64,000 nt of DNA from Christensenellales bacterium (GCA_050309775.1 JBNRMV010000005.1:86292-150291); one strand, 5' to 3'. Positions 23,357 to 32,861 are shown, numbered from the stretch's first letter. Notes: a model not told the origin generated them from the sequence alone. Made by a program: numbers and translations.

Positions 23357-24849
23357 TTCTTTGTTATTCCTTTATCTGTTTTTACGACATTTTTGAAGAC
23401 ATTTTCAAAGCGTTCAAGCGCTTCGTCAATGACCTCGTCAGTATCTGCAAGCGATGTATAAAGCCTTGAGCCTGCAAGCGTGACAATGCCGTTTGCCATA
23501 TATGCCGCTCCCATATGCTCCATAGCCGTCTTTCTTTCAAGCATATTCTTTTTGTTCTTAAGCAGACCAATGAGGGATTTTATTACGCTCATTGATGAGA
23601 AATCAAAGCTCATTGCGCCCGTACATTCAAGGTGAACTATGCTTCCCTGATTGTATACTACATAGGGCAGACTGTATTTGTCAATAAGTCCTTGTAGCCC
23701 CTCTGTCAGCCTGTCGCCGGCAAGTCCGGCTTTTACGCAAGCGTCTGTTCTTTCGATTTCTTTTATGGTGAGATATCCTGCCAAAGATGAAAGCGGGTTT
23801 GCCGCCAGCGTGCCGCCGACATATGCTCTGTGTTTTATGCTTGCCACACCTGCCGCCATAAGTTCGGCATATTCTTTCTTGCCGCCCACGCCGCCGGCTG
23901 CGGGATAACCGCCTGCTATGACCTTGCCGAAAATCGTCAAATCGGGGGATATTCCGAAATAGCCCTGCGCTCCGCCTAAACCGATTCTGAAGCCCGTAAC
24001 AACCTCGTCAAAAATCAGCAATGCGCCATATTTTGTGCAAAGTTCACGCACGCCCTTGTTGTATTCATAAGCTACCGGTCTTGTGCCGCTCTCAGGTCCT
24101 ACCGGCTCAAGGATTACTGCCGCCGTACCGCCGCGCAAACGGTTGAGTTTGAGCATTTTTTCAAGCATACCCAAATCGTTCGGGCGCACCTCGTCGGTGA
24201 GGCTATAACACTTTCTTGGAATGCCATGAGATTCTAAGAAACCGCGCGAGCCGGGAATTTTCAGACCATAAACCATTTGGTCAGACCAGCCGTGGTAGGC
24301 TCCGCCTATTTTTATTATTCTCTTTTTGTTGGTGGCAATTCTTGATATGCGCAACGACGCCATAACTGCCTCAGTGCCGGAACCCAGCATTCTGAACATC
24401 TCAACATTGGGCATATGTTTATTTATTTCTTTGGCAATAAGCATCTCTGCTTCATGTAGCAGTCCGGTTACTGGTCCGCATTCGTTGAGCAATTCAATAA
24501 CTTTTTCTCTTACGCCCTGATAATTTGAGCCAAGTATTGTAGGGCCGCCGGCTTGAAGGAAGTCAATATATTTGTTGCCGTCCTTGTCATACATATAGGC
24601 GCCCTGCGCTTTCTCTATGCAAATAGGAAAGGGGTAATTAAAAGCTAGATTGTGCTGTACACCGCCTGGAATAAACTTTTTTGCTTCGTCAAACACCTCT
24701 TTGGACTTTACGCATTTTTCTTCAAAGTACTTTAGTACCTCTTTAAGCGCCTCCGGGCTGATTTCGTAAATAGGTTGTGCCGTGAGGTTTTTTAGCCTTT
24801 TGTTGATGTCTTCGGGTTTTTCCCAATTAGTGATACCGTATCCGCTCAT
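23353..24849 (-). CDS. class-III PLP-dependent aminotransferase/aminomutase (divergent glutamate-1-semialdehyde aminomutase-like)
   Basis: IPGGVQHN, GSGTEAVMASLR, GGAYHGWSD, FDEVVTGFRIG and the Lys motif TIFGKVIAGGYP. About 45 aa of N-terminal extension relative to HemL as I recall it. AAGGAGA SD. Confidence 0.8.
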   Translation of the reverse strand: MSGYGITNWEKPEDINKRLKNLTAQPIYEISPEALKEVLKYFEEKCVKSKEVFDEAKKFIPGGVQHNLAFNYPFPICIEKAQGAYMYDKDGNKYIDFLQAGGPTILGSNYQGVREKVIELLNECGPVTGLLHEAEMLIAKEINKHMPNVEMFRMLGSGTEAVMASLRISRIATNKKRIIKIGGAYHGWSDQMVYGLKIPGSRGFLESHGIPRKCYSLTDEVRPNDLGMLEKMLKLNRLRGGTAAVILEPVGPESGTRPVAYEYNKGVRELCTKYGALLIFDEVVTGFRIGLGGAQGYFGISPDLTIFGKVIAGGYPAAGGVGGKKEYAELMAAGVASIKHRAYVGGTLAANPLSSLAGYLTIKEIERTDACVKAGLAGDRLTEGLQGLIDKYSLPYVVYNQGSIVHLECTGAMSFDFSSMSVIKSLIGLLKNKKNMLERKTAMEHMGAAYMANGIVTLAGSRLYTSLADTDEVIDEALERFENVFKNVVKTDKGITKK

Positions 24850-24875
24850 TTTTTATCTCCTTATATTTGTATTTT

Positions 24876-27800
24876 TTAAGTAATTTGCAACAAGCATTCC
24901 CACTCTATCAGTTCGTCAAAGCCCGTCTTCGCCTTGAAGTTGTGGGTTATTCTCGCTCTGTAAAGCCCTGATGCAGTCGGATATTCGCCGCGTTCAAGAG
25001 CAATTTCTTGGTCTCCTACTATTCTATAATAGCGTATTTCTTCCTGTTGGAACGCCTTAAGCGCTCCGTTCTCTACATCGCGGAAACTTGCCTGCACTCT
25101 CTTTGGTGTGCCATCTCCGCCTGTTACGACGACATAGTAATCCTTTCCGTTGTACGATATCTTTTCGGAGGCTGTTTCTTGGAAGACTACTTCAATTATT
25201 TCTTTCGGCGCAATGATATAATTCTGTTTTTCAAAGTTAATAAAATAATTGGGATTTATGAGAGATTTTTCTGCGCCAAGGTCAATCCTCGTTTCATAAC
25301 CGCTCAAAGTTGTCGCAGGCAAATTCAATATGTCTTCTTCCATATCAAATCCCGAAATAGGAGTGTTGTCTAAAGAGTACATAACATCTTGGCTTTGGTG
25401 GTTGGAGCGGAACACATATCCGCTGAACAGTTCTATTGCAAAGAACAATTCGGCATCTCTTACTGCTATCAAACCGCCGGACGGCACATAGTATGACAAT
25501 ACTTCGGTGCCCTCTCCGTAAGTTCTGTAATTTACGCCAATGACTTGTTCAAAGTCCAGCAGTTCAACCTTTTTCTGAATGGCGTCGGGGAATTGCGGCA
25601 TATCGCTTTGTTGGATTTCATAAATGCGAACCATCTGATTGCCATAATTGTCATATACGGGATTGCCCGACCCGTCGGTATAAGGCACGGTATAAGACCA
25701 CCACGAATTTGTCATAACCTGAACAATTTCGTCTTTTATGGCGTTCAAATCGTTTGAGCCCCATCTTGTCAAAATTACTTCAAAACCATTGTAAGTGGGG
25801 CTGGCAAGAATCATATTCAAGCTGCCATCGGACAGCATTCTTTGTTCGATATAATTGCTTACTAAATAAACAGCCCTGCCGTTGTCACTGGTATGGAATC
25901 TCCACACAACAGCGTCTTTGTTTGGCACAACGGTAATTACATTTATGAATTTGTTTATGATGCGGAACTCTTGCTGCGCATAATTTATGGCATTGTAGTA
26001 TCTGTTGCCCTCTACTCTTACAAGAATAAAATATTTGTTGCCGTTTTGGGGCGGTGTTGTGGGGTAATTTGCGCTGGTCATAATCAGCTGTTCATTTATG
26101 TAGCCCACAGCGCCGTTCGCCAACACAAGTTTTATGAAATATGCGCTGCCGTCAGTGTATCGCAAAAACCTGATATTACCCTCGTCGTCAAGCGTCAGCT
26201 CCTCGCTGAACCCTTCCGGCAACGCAGGCAATATGTCATGCAGGTTTATGTAATATGTGCCAATCTGCGGCAGCGCAAAACCTGCGGTGTTCTTTCCGGG
26301 CAGAGGCACAATCGAATCGTCCTCAAACCCTGCGACTTTATTGTCGACAGACGAATACGGCATCGACACATCGCCATAGAATGAAATTGTTGAATAATAA
26401 TTTATTTTGGCATTGATTTTTTTGTAGATTTTTATGTTATAGCTGTATGTCAATCCCATATAAGTTATGGTAATCATTCTTGTCTTAAAGTCCTCGTCTG
26501 CGGCATAATCTTCTTCCGACAAACTTTCGTCAAAACCGGAAATGGTGATGCCTTCGACGAGCATGGGCATTATGTCCCACCAGGTTTCTTCGGAATCGGT
26601 ATAACGGAAAATTCTGCGCACAGTGCCGCCCGTCAGGTCAAGTTTTTCTTTCAGCATGTAATTTATTTTTGGGGTGTCTTCAAGAATGACGGCTTGCAAA
26701 ACGCTGTCAAGCACTCTTACATATGCCTTTTTTGTGGCGTTGTTGTAGGTAATTGTCACCTCTCTGTCGCCCAAGGTTATGTCCGACTCCTCATAATTTA
26801 TCATTTTGTCAGTCAGCGGTATAACTCTTATTTCTGGCACATTCTTGAATTTGACATAAATATATTTGTCGACAAGATTGAGTTTCATTCCTTTCGATAC
26901 TGTTGCTATCAGGTCGCTTGGCGGCGCACTGGGGTCGTCGGGGTCGGTCAGATAAATGGCCTCAATCGTGTTCAGAATGACCTCAATCTGATAAGATACC
27001 GTAATCGGCTCAGCTTGATTGTAATAATCTCTATAACTCAAAACAACCGTCTGTTTTTCTCCGTATCTTCTGAAATCTATGCTTGATTTGTTGTAGCTCC
27101 AGCCATAGCTGCCCGAGCCGTCAGGCTGAAGCGTAATGCCTATTTGTTCTTCATTTGAACCGTCGTTGAAACGCTTGTTTATTCTTATGCCCGTCAGGTC
27201 AAGCTGATTGTCGACGCCGTAGACATACAAAGTTTTTGGGTTTTGCAAAATCGACACTTCTATGACTTGTTTGGGAATGACGATAATAGAAAAACTCTCA
27301 TTCACAACGCCTTTGTAGCGGAAACGCAATGTCTGCGGTCCTACCTGGTACGGGTCGTATCTATATAGCATTTCGGCGGTCACGGGTATGGTGTCGGTAA
27401 TGTTGCTGTTGCGCCAGCGCACACGCAGCGACAAGCCCCTGAAGTCAAGCGGCTGGTTTTGGAAATAGGTTGTCTTTTCTGTGCCGTCACGCACAAGCTG
27501 CAATGATTCGACCAGTTTGTCCGCGACATAATAATCAAATTGTATGGAGGCGCCCTTGAATACAAGCGTAGCTTTGTAGGGTTGTTCCCTGACCATGCTG
27601 TTGCCGTCGGACTCCTCGTCGTTCAATATTTGGGCTTTGTCAATGCCCGTGCCTACTATGTCGCCAAGCGCATAAACCATTTTTGTCTTGTTGTTCATAT
27701 ATGCCGTCATGATGCCGCCGGCAGGATTTATGAGCGCGCCTTGCGCAACATAGACATTTGTCGGAGGCTCAAGCTCAATATAAACAACCGACAACGGCAA

Positions 27801-29648
27801 CACGGTGACATTCAGCGCAATGGATTCTACTCCGAAAAGTGAAAATGTTATAAGTTTTGGGTTGTCTGCGGATGTGGCTTCGGTACATTCAAGCGTAACA
27901 TCGGGAGAGAGCATCCTTGCTTCTACCGCCGCCCACGGGTCCCTGTCTCCGTTGTCATAAATCATACGGTACTTTATGAAAGAAATATTGACTTTGTCGC
28001 CGACAATATATTCCTTGTCGGTAACATCGCCATAGTTCATGAGTTCCATGCTGACGGGCGCGCGGCTGACAACTTTTACATTCAGCGGAATGCTCCAGCT
28101 GGGGTCTTCCATATATATGACCGTCAACTCATAATCCCCCGCTGAAGATATATCCAGCGTTCTTCTGGGCTCCACCGCGTCTTCGGCAAGAATTCGGAAA
28201 CTCTTTGCCGTAACATGAATGACTTGTTGGTTTACGCCGTCAATTTCTTCGACTGTGTTTACGCTTGCGGTGATTGTTACGGTATAAACCTCGCCCCTTC
28301 TCACTTCGATAAGACTTCTTTCGCCGCTTTTTATGACGGCTACGGCTGCGCCGCTTTTGTCGGTGGCGGTGATTTTTATTTCGGGGTCGGTGTCATAGTC
28401 ATATAAAGAATCCGAAATACGGATATTGTAGTCCAACATACAGTCGCCCACAGGCACATCTTTTTTCTCAAGGGGCTCGATTGTCAACCCTCTTATTTCC
28501 GACTTTTCTGTGCTTTGGACATTGTAGACCTTCAGCAGGTTGTCGCTCATGACATAGTTCTGCGTTGTGCCGTCGTCAAAAGTCACTTCAACTATGCCGC
28601 TTGAAAGGTCAATGGTATCTCCCTGAATAATGTTTTGGAGAGAAGTTTTTGCCGTGCGCACTTCAGCCCTCACCAAATTGCCTTGTTCGTCATATTGCGC
28701 TGCCTCAAGCAAAATACCGTTTGTTTGCGGATATTGTATTATTCTCATGCTCTTGTATTTGCGGTAAAGTACCTGCGTCTTGAATGTGGTGGTAAAGACT
28801 TGGTTTTCGGGGTATTTTGTGTAAGTCAACTTGACATCGGTGGACGGTGTGGCTCTGGTATTGTCAAACTCAAATGACAGATTGTCAATCAAGCGCTGAT
28901 TTATGTCCTCAGTTTTGCCGTTGTTGTAATGGAAAGTAATGACCATGCCCATCGGATTGATATCATGTCCGACATAGACGGCCTTGTTCGTCGGCGGTGT
29001 CTTGACAGAAATGCCGATAAGCTGTTTTGGCACAACGGTTATGGGAATATCTAAAGACTCTGTTCTGTATGTAATCTTTACGGTTTGCGGTCCGACTATG
29101 TTCGGGTCATAATGGGTGACATTGTTGTCAAGAAGCGGCATTGTGATAGTTCTGCCCCCCTCAAACTCTACAATAATTGTGCCGCCGTCAACGACAAAAT
29201 CGGTGCCTTCAATATATACATTCTTGGTGGGATAAGAACCTATTTGTACTTTCTTTATTATGAGGTCAAGCACTTCGATATTAAAAGAAGTGGAAACATT
29301 TTTATAATTTATTTTTACGGAAATAACTCCGGGCTTGTCGGTGCTGAAAGACGGGTCAACCATACTGCTAGTGACGGGAATCTGGTCAATGTTGCCGTCA
29401 TTGTACTGAACATAAAGAACGGCTGTTTCTAAATTGAGTTCGTCACCGACAAAATAAAAATACTGCTGCATACCGTCGACAGAAATACTTTCGACCTTAG
29501 CCTCTGCCAACACCATATCGGTAACGCAGGCATTCAGCAAAACCATGAGCAGCAGTATGAATATTGTTGTTAGTAGCCTTTTCTTCACTTGGTTCATTCT
29601 CCGTTTGTTCGCTGAAAATTCGCAGATTAAAAAATCATGCATTTTCAT
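24876..29648 (-). CDS. large surface (lipo)protein, about 1,573-1,590 aa, Ig-like (Big_3-type) repeat array plus C-terminal region of unknown fold
   Basis: Uninterrupted 4.8-kb ORF. The internal Met at 29597 starts a textbook lipoprotein signal MNQVKKRLLTTIFILLLMVLLNA|C. About 11 Big_3-like units (e.g. VGPQTVKITYRTESLDIPITVVPK, VGPQTLRFRYKGVVNESFSIIVIPK). Confidence 0.85.
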   Translation of the reverse strand: MKMHDFLICEFSANKRRMNQVKKRLLTTIFILLLMVLLNACVTDMVLAEAKVESISVDGMQQYFYFVGDELNLETAVLYVQYNDGNIDQIPVTSSMVDPSFSTDKPGVISVKINYKNVSTSFNIEVLDLIIKKVQIGSYPTKNVYIEGTDFVVDGGTIIVEFEGGRTITMPLLDNNVTHYDPNIVGPQTVKITYRTESLDIPITVVPKQLIGISVKTPPTNKAVYVGHDINPMGMVITFHYNNGKTEDINQRLIDNLSFEFDNTRATPSTDVKLTYTKYPENQVFTTTFKTQVLYRKYKSMRIIQYPQTNGILLEAAQYDEQGNLVRAEVRTAKTSLQNIIQGDTIDLSSGIVEVTFDDGTTQNYVMSDNLLKVYNVQSTEKSEIRGLTIEPLEKKDVPVGDCMLDYNIRISDSLYDYDTDPEIKITATDKSGAAVAVIKSGERSLIEVRRGEVYTVTITASVNTVEEIDGVNQQVIHVTAKSFRILAEDAVEPRRTLDISSAGDYELTVIYMEDPSWSIPLNVKVVSRAPVSMELMNYGDVTDKEYIVGDKVNISFIKYRMIYDNGDRDPWAAVEARMLSPDVTLECTEATSADNPKLITFSLFGVESIALNVTVLPLSVVYIELEPPTNVYVAQGALINPAGGIMTAYMNNKTKMVYALGDIVGTGIDKAQILNDEESDGNSMVREQPYKATLVFKGASIQFDYYVADKLVESLQLVRDGTEKTTYFQNQPLDFRGLSLRVRWRNSNITDTIPVTAEMLYRYDPYQVGPQTLRFRYKGVVNESFSIIVIPKQVIEVSILQNPKTLYVYGVDNQLDLTGIRINKRFNDGSNEEQIGITLQPDGSGSYGWSYNKSSIDFRRYGEKQTVVLSYRDYYNQAEPITVSYQIEVILNTIEAIYLTDPDDPSAPPSDLIATVSKGMKLNLVDKYIYVKFKNVPEIRVIPLTDKMINYEESDITLGDREVTITYNNATKKAYVRVLDSVLQAVILEDTPKINYMLKEKLDLTGGTVRRIFRYTDSEETWWDIMPMLVEGITISGFDESLSEEDYAADEDFKTRMITITYMGLTYSYNIKIYKKINAKINYYSTISFYGDVSMPYSSVDNKVAGFEDDSIVPLPGKNTAGFALPQIGTYYINLHDILPALPEGFSEELTLDDEGNIRFLRYTDGSAYFIKLVLANGAVGYINEQLIMTSANYPTTPPQNGNKYFILVRVEGNRYYNAINYAQQEFRIINKFINVITVVPNKDAVVWRFHTSDNGRAVYLVSNYIEQRMLSDGSLNMILASPTYNGFEVILTRWGSNDLNAIKDEIVQVMTNSWWSYTVPYTDGSGNPVYDNYGNQMVRIYEIQQSDMPQFPDAIQKKVELLDFEQVIGVNYRTYGEGTEVLSYYVPSGGLIAVRDAELFFAIELFSGYVFRSNHQSQDVMYSLDNTPISGFDMEEDILNLPATTLSGYETRIDLGAEKSLINPNYFINFEKQNYIIAPKEIIEVVFQETASEKISYNGKDYYVVVTGGDGTPKRVQASFRDVENGALKAFQQEEIRYYRIVGDQEIALERGEYPTASGLYRARITHNFKAKTGFDELIEWECLLQIT

Positions 29649-29656
29649 ACATATAT

Positions 29657-29685
29657 ATTATAATATATGTATAACAGCTTTGCAA
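29657..29685 (-). promoter_or_regulatory. promoter of the 1,590-aa gene
   Basis: Minus strand TTGCAA (29680-29685), 17 nt, TATAAT (29657-29662). The -10 box ends 8 nt before ATG 29648. Confidence 0.6.
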
Positions 29686-29752
29686 GAGTAAAATATAGAT
29701 AAAATAAATAAATGACTTTGTCACCTTATACAGAATAAAGGCCCGTCAAAGG

Positions 29753-30400
29753 TTATTTTTCCATATGCAACTTTGCCACCGCTTCCAACGCATAATCAAT
29801 TTTGTTTGTCGTTATGTTGGCAAGCTCTTTGCGCTTCAGCAATCTGTCCAGTTCGGCGGGATTATCCACGGTAAAAACCGACAGTTTCAAGCCGATTCTG
29901 GCCGCCTCGTCAAGCATCTTTTCGTTGCAGTATCTATAATTGAGATTCAGACCTTTTATTCTTTGGTTGTTTTGGGCATCTATAATGCTCTTTATGGTTA
30001 CCAAATTCTTAACTTTAGGTTTTTGGGGAAAAAAGCCGACATTCAGATACACCTGACCGGCATCAAGGTAGTGCAAATCTTTCTTTTTTACTGAGCCGGT
30101 AAAAATTATTTTGTCCTCAACGCCCTTTTCTTTTGCCAGCGCCAGTACCGACTGCACCAAGCCGCCTCTTTTTACATCGCAGTTGACCATAAAATCATAC
30201 TTTTTTATGTACTCAAATACAAAATTTAATGTCAGCGCCTTTTTCGGAAAAAGGCGGGGCAAGTGTGAGATATACAGCAAGCCGCCTCGCTTGTATATAT
30301 CCACTTCTATGACATCGGCTGCAAAATCTCTGATGACATCAAAATATTTCGTTGAGTTGCGGCCGGTTCCCAATGCGCCGCCATGAGCTGTTAGCAACAT
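29753..30400 (-). CDS. glycerophosphodiester phosphodiesterase (GDPD)-like protein
   Basis: N-terminal LTAHGGALGTGRNS...VIEVDI resembles the HRG...E.D signature of GDPD TIM barrels, with Gly in place of Arg. AAGGAGG SD. Confidence 0.55.
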   Translation of the reverse strand: MLLTAHGGALGTGRNSTKYFDVIRDFAADVIEVDIYKRGGLLYISHLPRLFPKKALTLNFVFEYIKKYDFMVNCDVKRGGLVQSVLALAKEKGVEDKIIFTGSVKKKDLHYLDAGQVYLNVGFFPQKPKVKNLVTIKSIIDAQNNQRIKGLNLNYRYCNEKMLDEAARIGLKLSVFTVDNPAELDRLLKRKELANITTNKIDYALEAVAKLHMEK

Positions 30401-30403
30401 AAC

Positions 30404-31348
30404 TTACCTCCTTTCAATTATGTAATATGGGCTGGTCAGAGCCAGCGTCAGATTGCTTTTGCCGTCCATTTCTCCTTGAATTTCTATTCTCAAATAGCCT
30501 GCTCTGCAATCAAGTTCTATGTCTTTTCCGATTGGGTACAAATGCTCGCCGCATGCGTTGCCTTTTATGACGACATTCTTTGCTTTGACGCCAAATTTTT
30601 GGCAGAACTTCGGAAAGTATTCGTTTACCCTTATTTCAAAAATATGCTTTCCGGAATTTAATATGCTGCCGAATGCCGGCCTTTTGCCGTCAACTATGAC
30701 ATCTATTCCCAGCCCAACAGAAATATATGTGTCGCCGCTCTTTATGCTGTCCAACGGGTTTTTGGCATCGCCTAAAAAAGTAAAAGCGTACGAACCCTCG
30801 TCTTTTTGGCTATGCCAGTCATAGCCATACACGGCGGCAATGCGCCGCCCTTCTTTAAGCAAACGGTCATAAAGTTCCACAGCGCGGAGATTATATTCCG
30901 CTTGGTTGGGCATTCGTTGCGACCATACTTCCAGCGCGGAGATATATTCAAATTTTGTAATTGGAAGTTCCATATAACAGCCCTTGCAAATTGGCGCGCC
31001 ATAGCGCAAGGGGTGCGCAATCGTCAGCACAGCGCCAGCTTTTGCGGCTTTTTCTAGAATTTTGTCAATATTCTGTATATCAATTTCGCGCCAATCAACC
31101 GCCGTATTGTTGCCTAGCGCCGTAATGTGTCCAAAAAAAGTCGTCCATTCAATGCCTTTTATTACATTAAGCCCATATTGCTTGCCCATTTTCACAGTCT
31201 CCTCCACTCCCGAAACGGTGTTGTGGTCTGTGACGGCAATGCCGGCATAGCCCCTTTCCTTTGCCGCCATAATAAGGGTTTTTGGCGACATTTCTCCGTC
31301 GCTGTGATATGTATGACAATGCAGTTCAAAAGGATAATACTTATTCAA
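30404..31348 (-). CDS. PHP-domain metal-dependent phosphoesterase (CehA/McbA-like)
   Basis: ELHCHTYHSDG and GIAVTDHNT motifs. TTG start overlaps the upstream ORF by 8 nt. Confidence 0.75.
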   Translation of the reverse strand: MNKYYPFELHCHTYHSDGEMSPKTLIMAAKERGYAGIAVTDHNTVSGVEETVKMGKQYGLNVIKGIEWTTFFGHITALGNNTAVDWREIDIQNIDKILEKAAKAGAVLTIAHPLRYGAPICKGCYMELPITKFEYISALEVWSQRMPNQAEYNLRAVELYDRLLKEGRRIAAVYGYDWHSQKDEGSYAFTFLGDAKNPLDSIKSGDTYISVGLGIDVIVDGKRPAFGSILNSGKHIFEIRVNEYFPKFCQKFGVKAKNVVIKGNACGEHLYPIGKDIELDCRAGYLRIEIQGEMDGKSNLTLALTSPYYIIERR

Positions 31349-31784
31349 AACTGACCTCTAAATCAAATTCAACAAAAGGTGTGACAAAGTGAAATGCTGA
31401 AACGGTGACGCTCCAACGCCCTTTTTCTATCGGCTGCGGCAAAAAACCTCTGCTACTTTTTTGGGCGGTAATTTTGTGAATTTGTTTGGCGCAGAAACGA
31501 TGCGCCGTACCCACAAAGCCTTGCGGACTGTCAATTGACAGCGTAAGCATATTTTTCAGGGGCAAGTATTCTTCCAACTGACTGTCCTCATACTTTGTTC
31601 CAGGCTGATAAACCGCCATGCCCTGACGGATAAGTTCAATGGCTCTGTTGTTGTCCTCCAGCTTTGACGGTGAAAAACCAAAGCGTACGCAAAGCTCTTT
31701 GCCGTCATGCGGTAAATCAAAGGAAAAATAAAGGTGCTTGCAGCTTTCGGCAGTCAGCCGTCTTTGCTCTTTTAGAACTATCAT
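31341..31784 (-). CDS. hypothetical 147-aa beta-rich protein, possibly the detached N-terminal domain of the PHP enzyme
   Basis: ORF translationally coupled on both sides (ATGA with the kinase gene, 8-nt overlap with the PHP gene). No motif recognised. Confidence 0.5.
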   Translation of the reverse strand: MIVLKEQRRLTAESCKHLYFSFDLPHDGKELCVRFGFSPSKLEDNNRAIELIRQGMAVYQPGTKYEDSQLEEYLPLKNMLTLSIDSPQGFVGTAHRFCAKQIHKITAQKSSRGFLPQPIEKGRWSVTVSAFHFVTPFVEFDLEVSFE

Positions 31785-32680
31785 CTTTTCTCGTCTTTAT
31801 AAAAGGTGTCTATATATTGCATTATGTCGGCTCTTGTGCCTCTGTACGGGCCGGGCGCTTCCATTTTTGCCGAAACCGTTGCGGTGGCAACAAGCAAAGC
31901 GTCTTCAAGGCTGCTGTCAAGTCTTTCGGTAATGTAAGCGGCAAAAGTGGTGTCGCCTCTGCCGCTTCTGCCGCTTAGATTGCGCGCCTTTATGGGGCAG
32001 GTTGCCAATGTCTTGCCGTCATATGCCAGCACTTCGGTGTTGTGAGTGATGACCACTTCTTTGGCGCCCCATTCCACAAAGAGTTTTGCGGCGGCAACTC
32101 TGTCGCTCAAACCTGTAAGTATCTCGGCTTCTGCTGCATCGGTTTTCAAAAAATCTATGTACGGCATCAACTGCCTTTTTTCTGCCCAATCTTCAAAATA
32201 CATAGCTCCGCTGTTTTTGTCTGCGTGGCGCAACAGCGCCTGAACATCAACGGCTACTTTTCCCCGCTTTGACAGCTCTTTTATCAATTTTCCGTCAAAA
32301 TCTCCGTATATCAGCCCGGCAAGGTGATATACCTTTGCTTCAACATCGGGAATGTCCTCAATCCTGAAGGGGTCGCCCTGAGATATGCACTCGCAGGTAC
32401 GCCGCTCCTTGTCGGCGGTATGGTACTTGTTGCGTATAGAAGTGGACTGCGCCGACGGTATGAAATATATGTCCTCCTTGGGTATGACAAGTTCCGTTAG
32501 TCTTGAAATATCCTTTTCGCTGAGTTTTGTCACGGCTCCCACCTTGCGCCCCAGCGCATAAGCCGCCGCTGAAGAATATATCACCGCTCCACCTACTTCA
32601 ATAATAAGGTTGTCAAGATAGTCTATATTATAATCCAATGAAATATGACCGATTGTCAAAGTGTCGTATTTTTTCCGCAT
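31781..32680 (-). CDS. PfkB/ribokinase-family sugar kinase
   Basis: TIGHISLD N-terminus, TDAAEAEILTG, and anion-hole/catalytic motif GRGDTTFAAY. Start moved to ATG 32680 because the track's TTG at 32725 lies inside a TATAAT box. Confidence 0.8.
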   Translation of the reverse strand: MRKKYDTLTIGHISLDYNIDYLDNLIIEVGGAVIYSSAAAYALGRKVGAVTKLSEKDISRLTELVIPKEDIYFIPSAQSTSIRNKYHTADKERRTCECISQGDPFRIEDIPDVEAKVYHLAGLIYGDFDGKLIKELSKRGKVAVDVQALLRHADKNSGAMYFEDWAEKRQLMPYIDFLKTDAAEAEILTGLSDRVAAAKLFVEWGAKEVVITHNTEVLAYDGKTLATCPIKARNLSGRSGRGDTTFAAYITERLDSSLEDALLVATATVSAKMEAPGPYRGTRADIMQYIDTFYKDEKR

Positions 32681-32716
32681 AATTGTACTTTTTACTCCAA
32701 AACATTTTATGAAACA

Positions 32717-32745
32717 ATTATACAATTTCTATGCCTAATAAGCAA
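32717..32745 (-). promoter_or_regulatory. promoter of the PfkB-PHP-GDPD operon
   Basis: Minus strand TTGCTT (32740-32745), 17 nt, TATAAT (32717-32722). Confidence 0.6.
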
Positions 32746-32861
32746 GTTGAAAAAAACTTCATGCTACACAAGTTATTCATGCGGCTTTTGAAAAGTGTCT
32801 TGCGCCCTATTTGTATCTTTCGGGCGGATTTCTGAACCTGAACGCTATCCGCGGTATTTAC

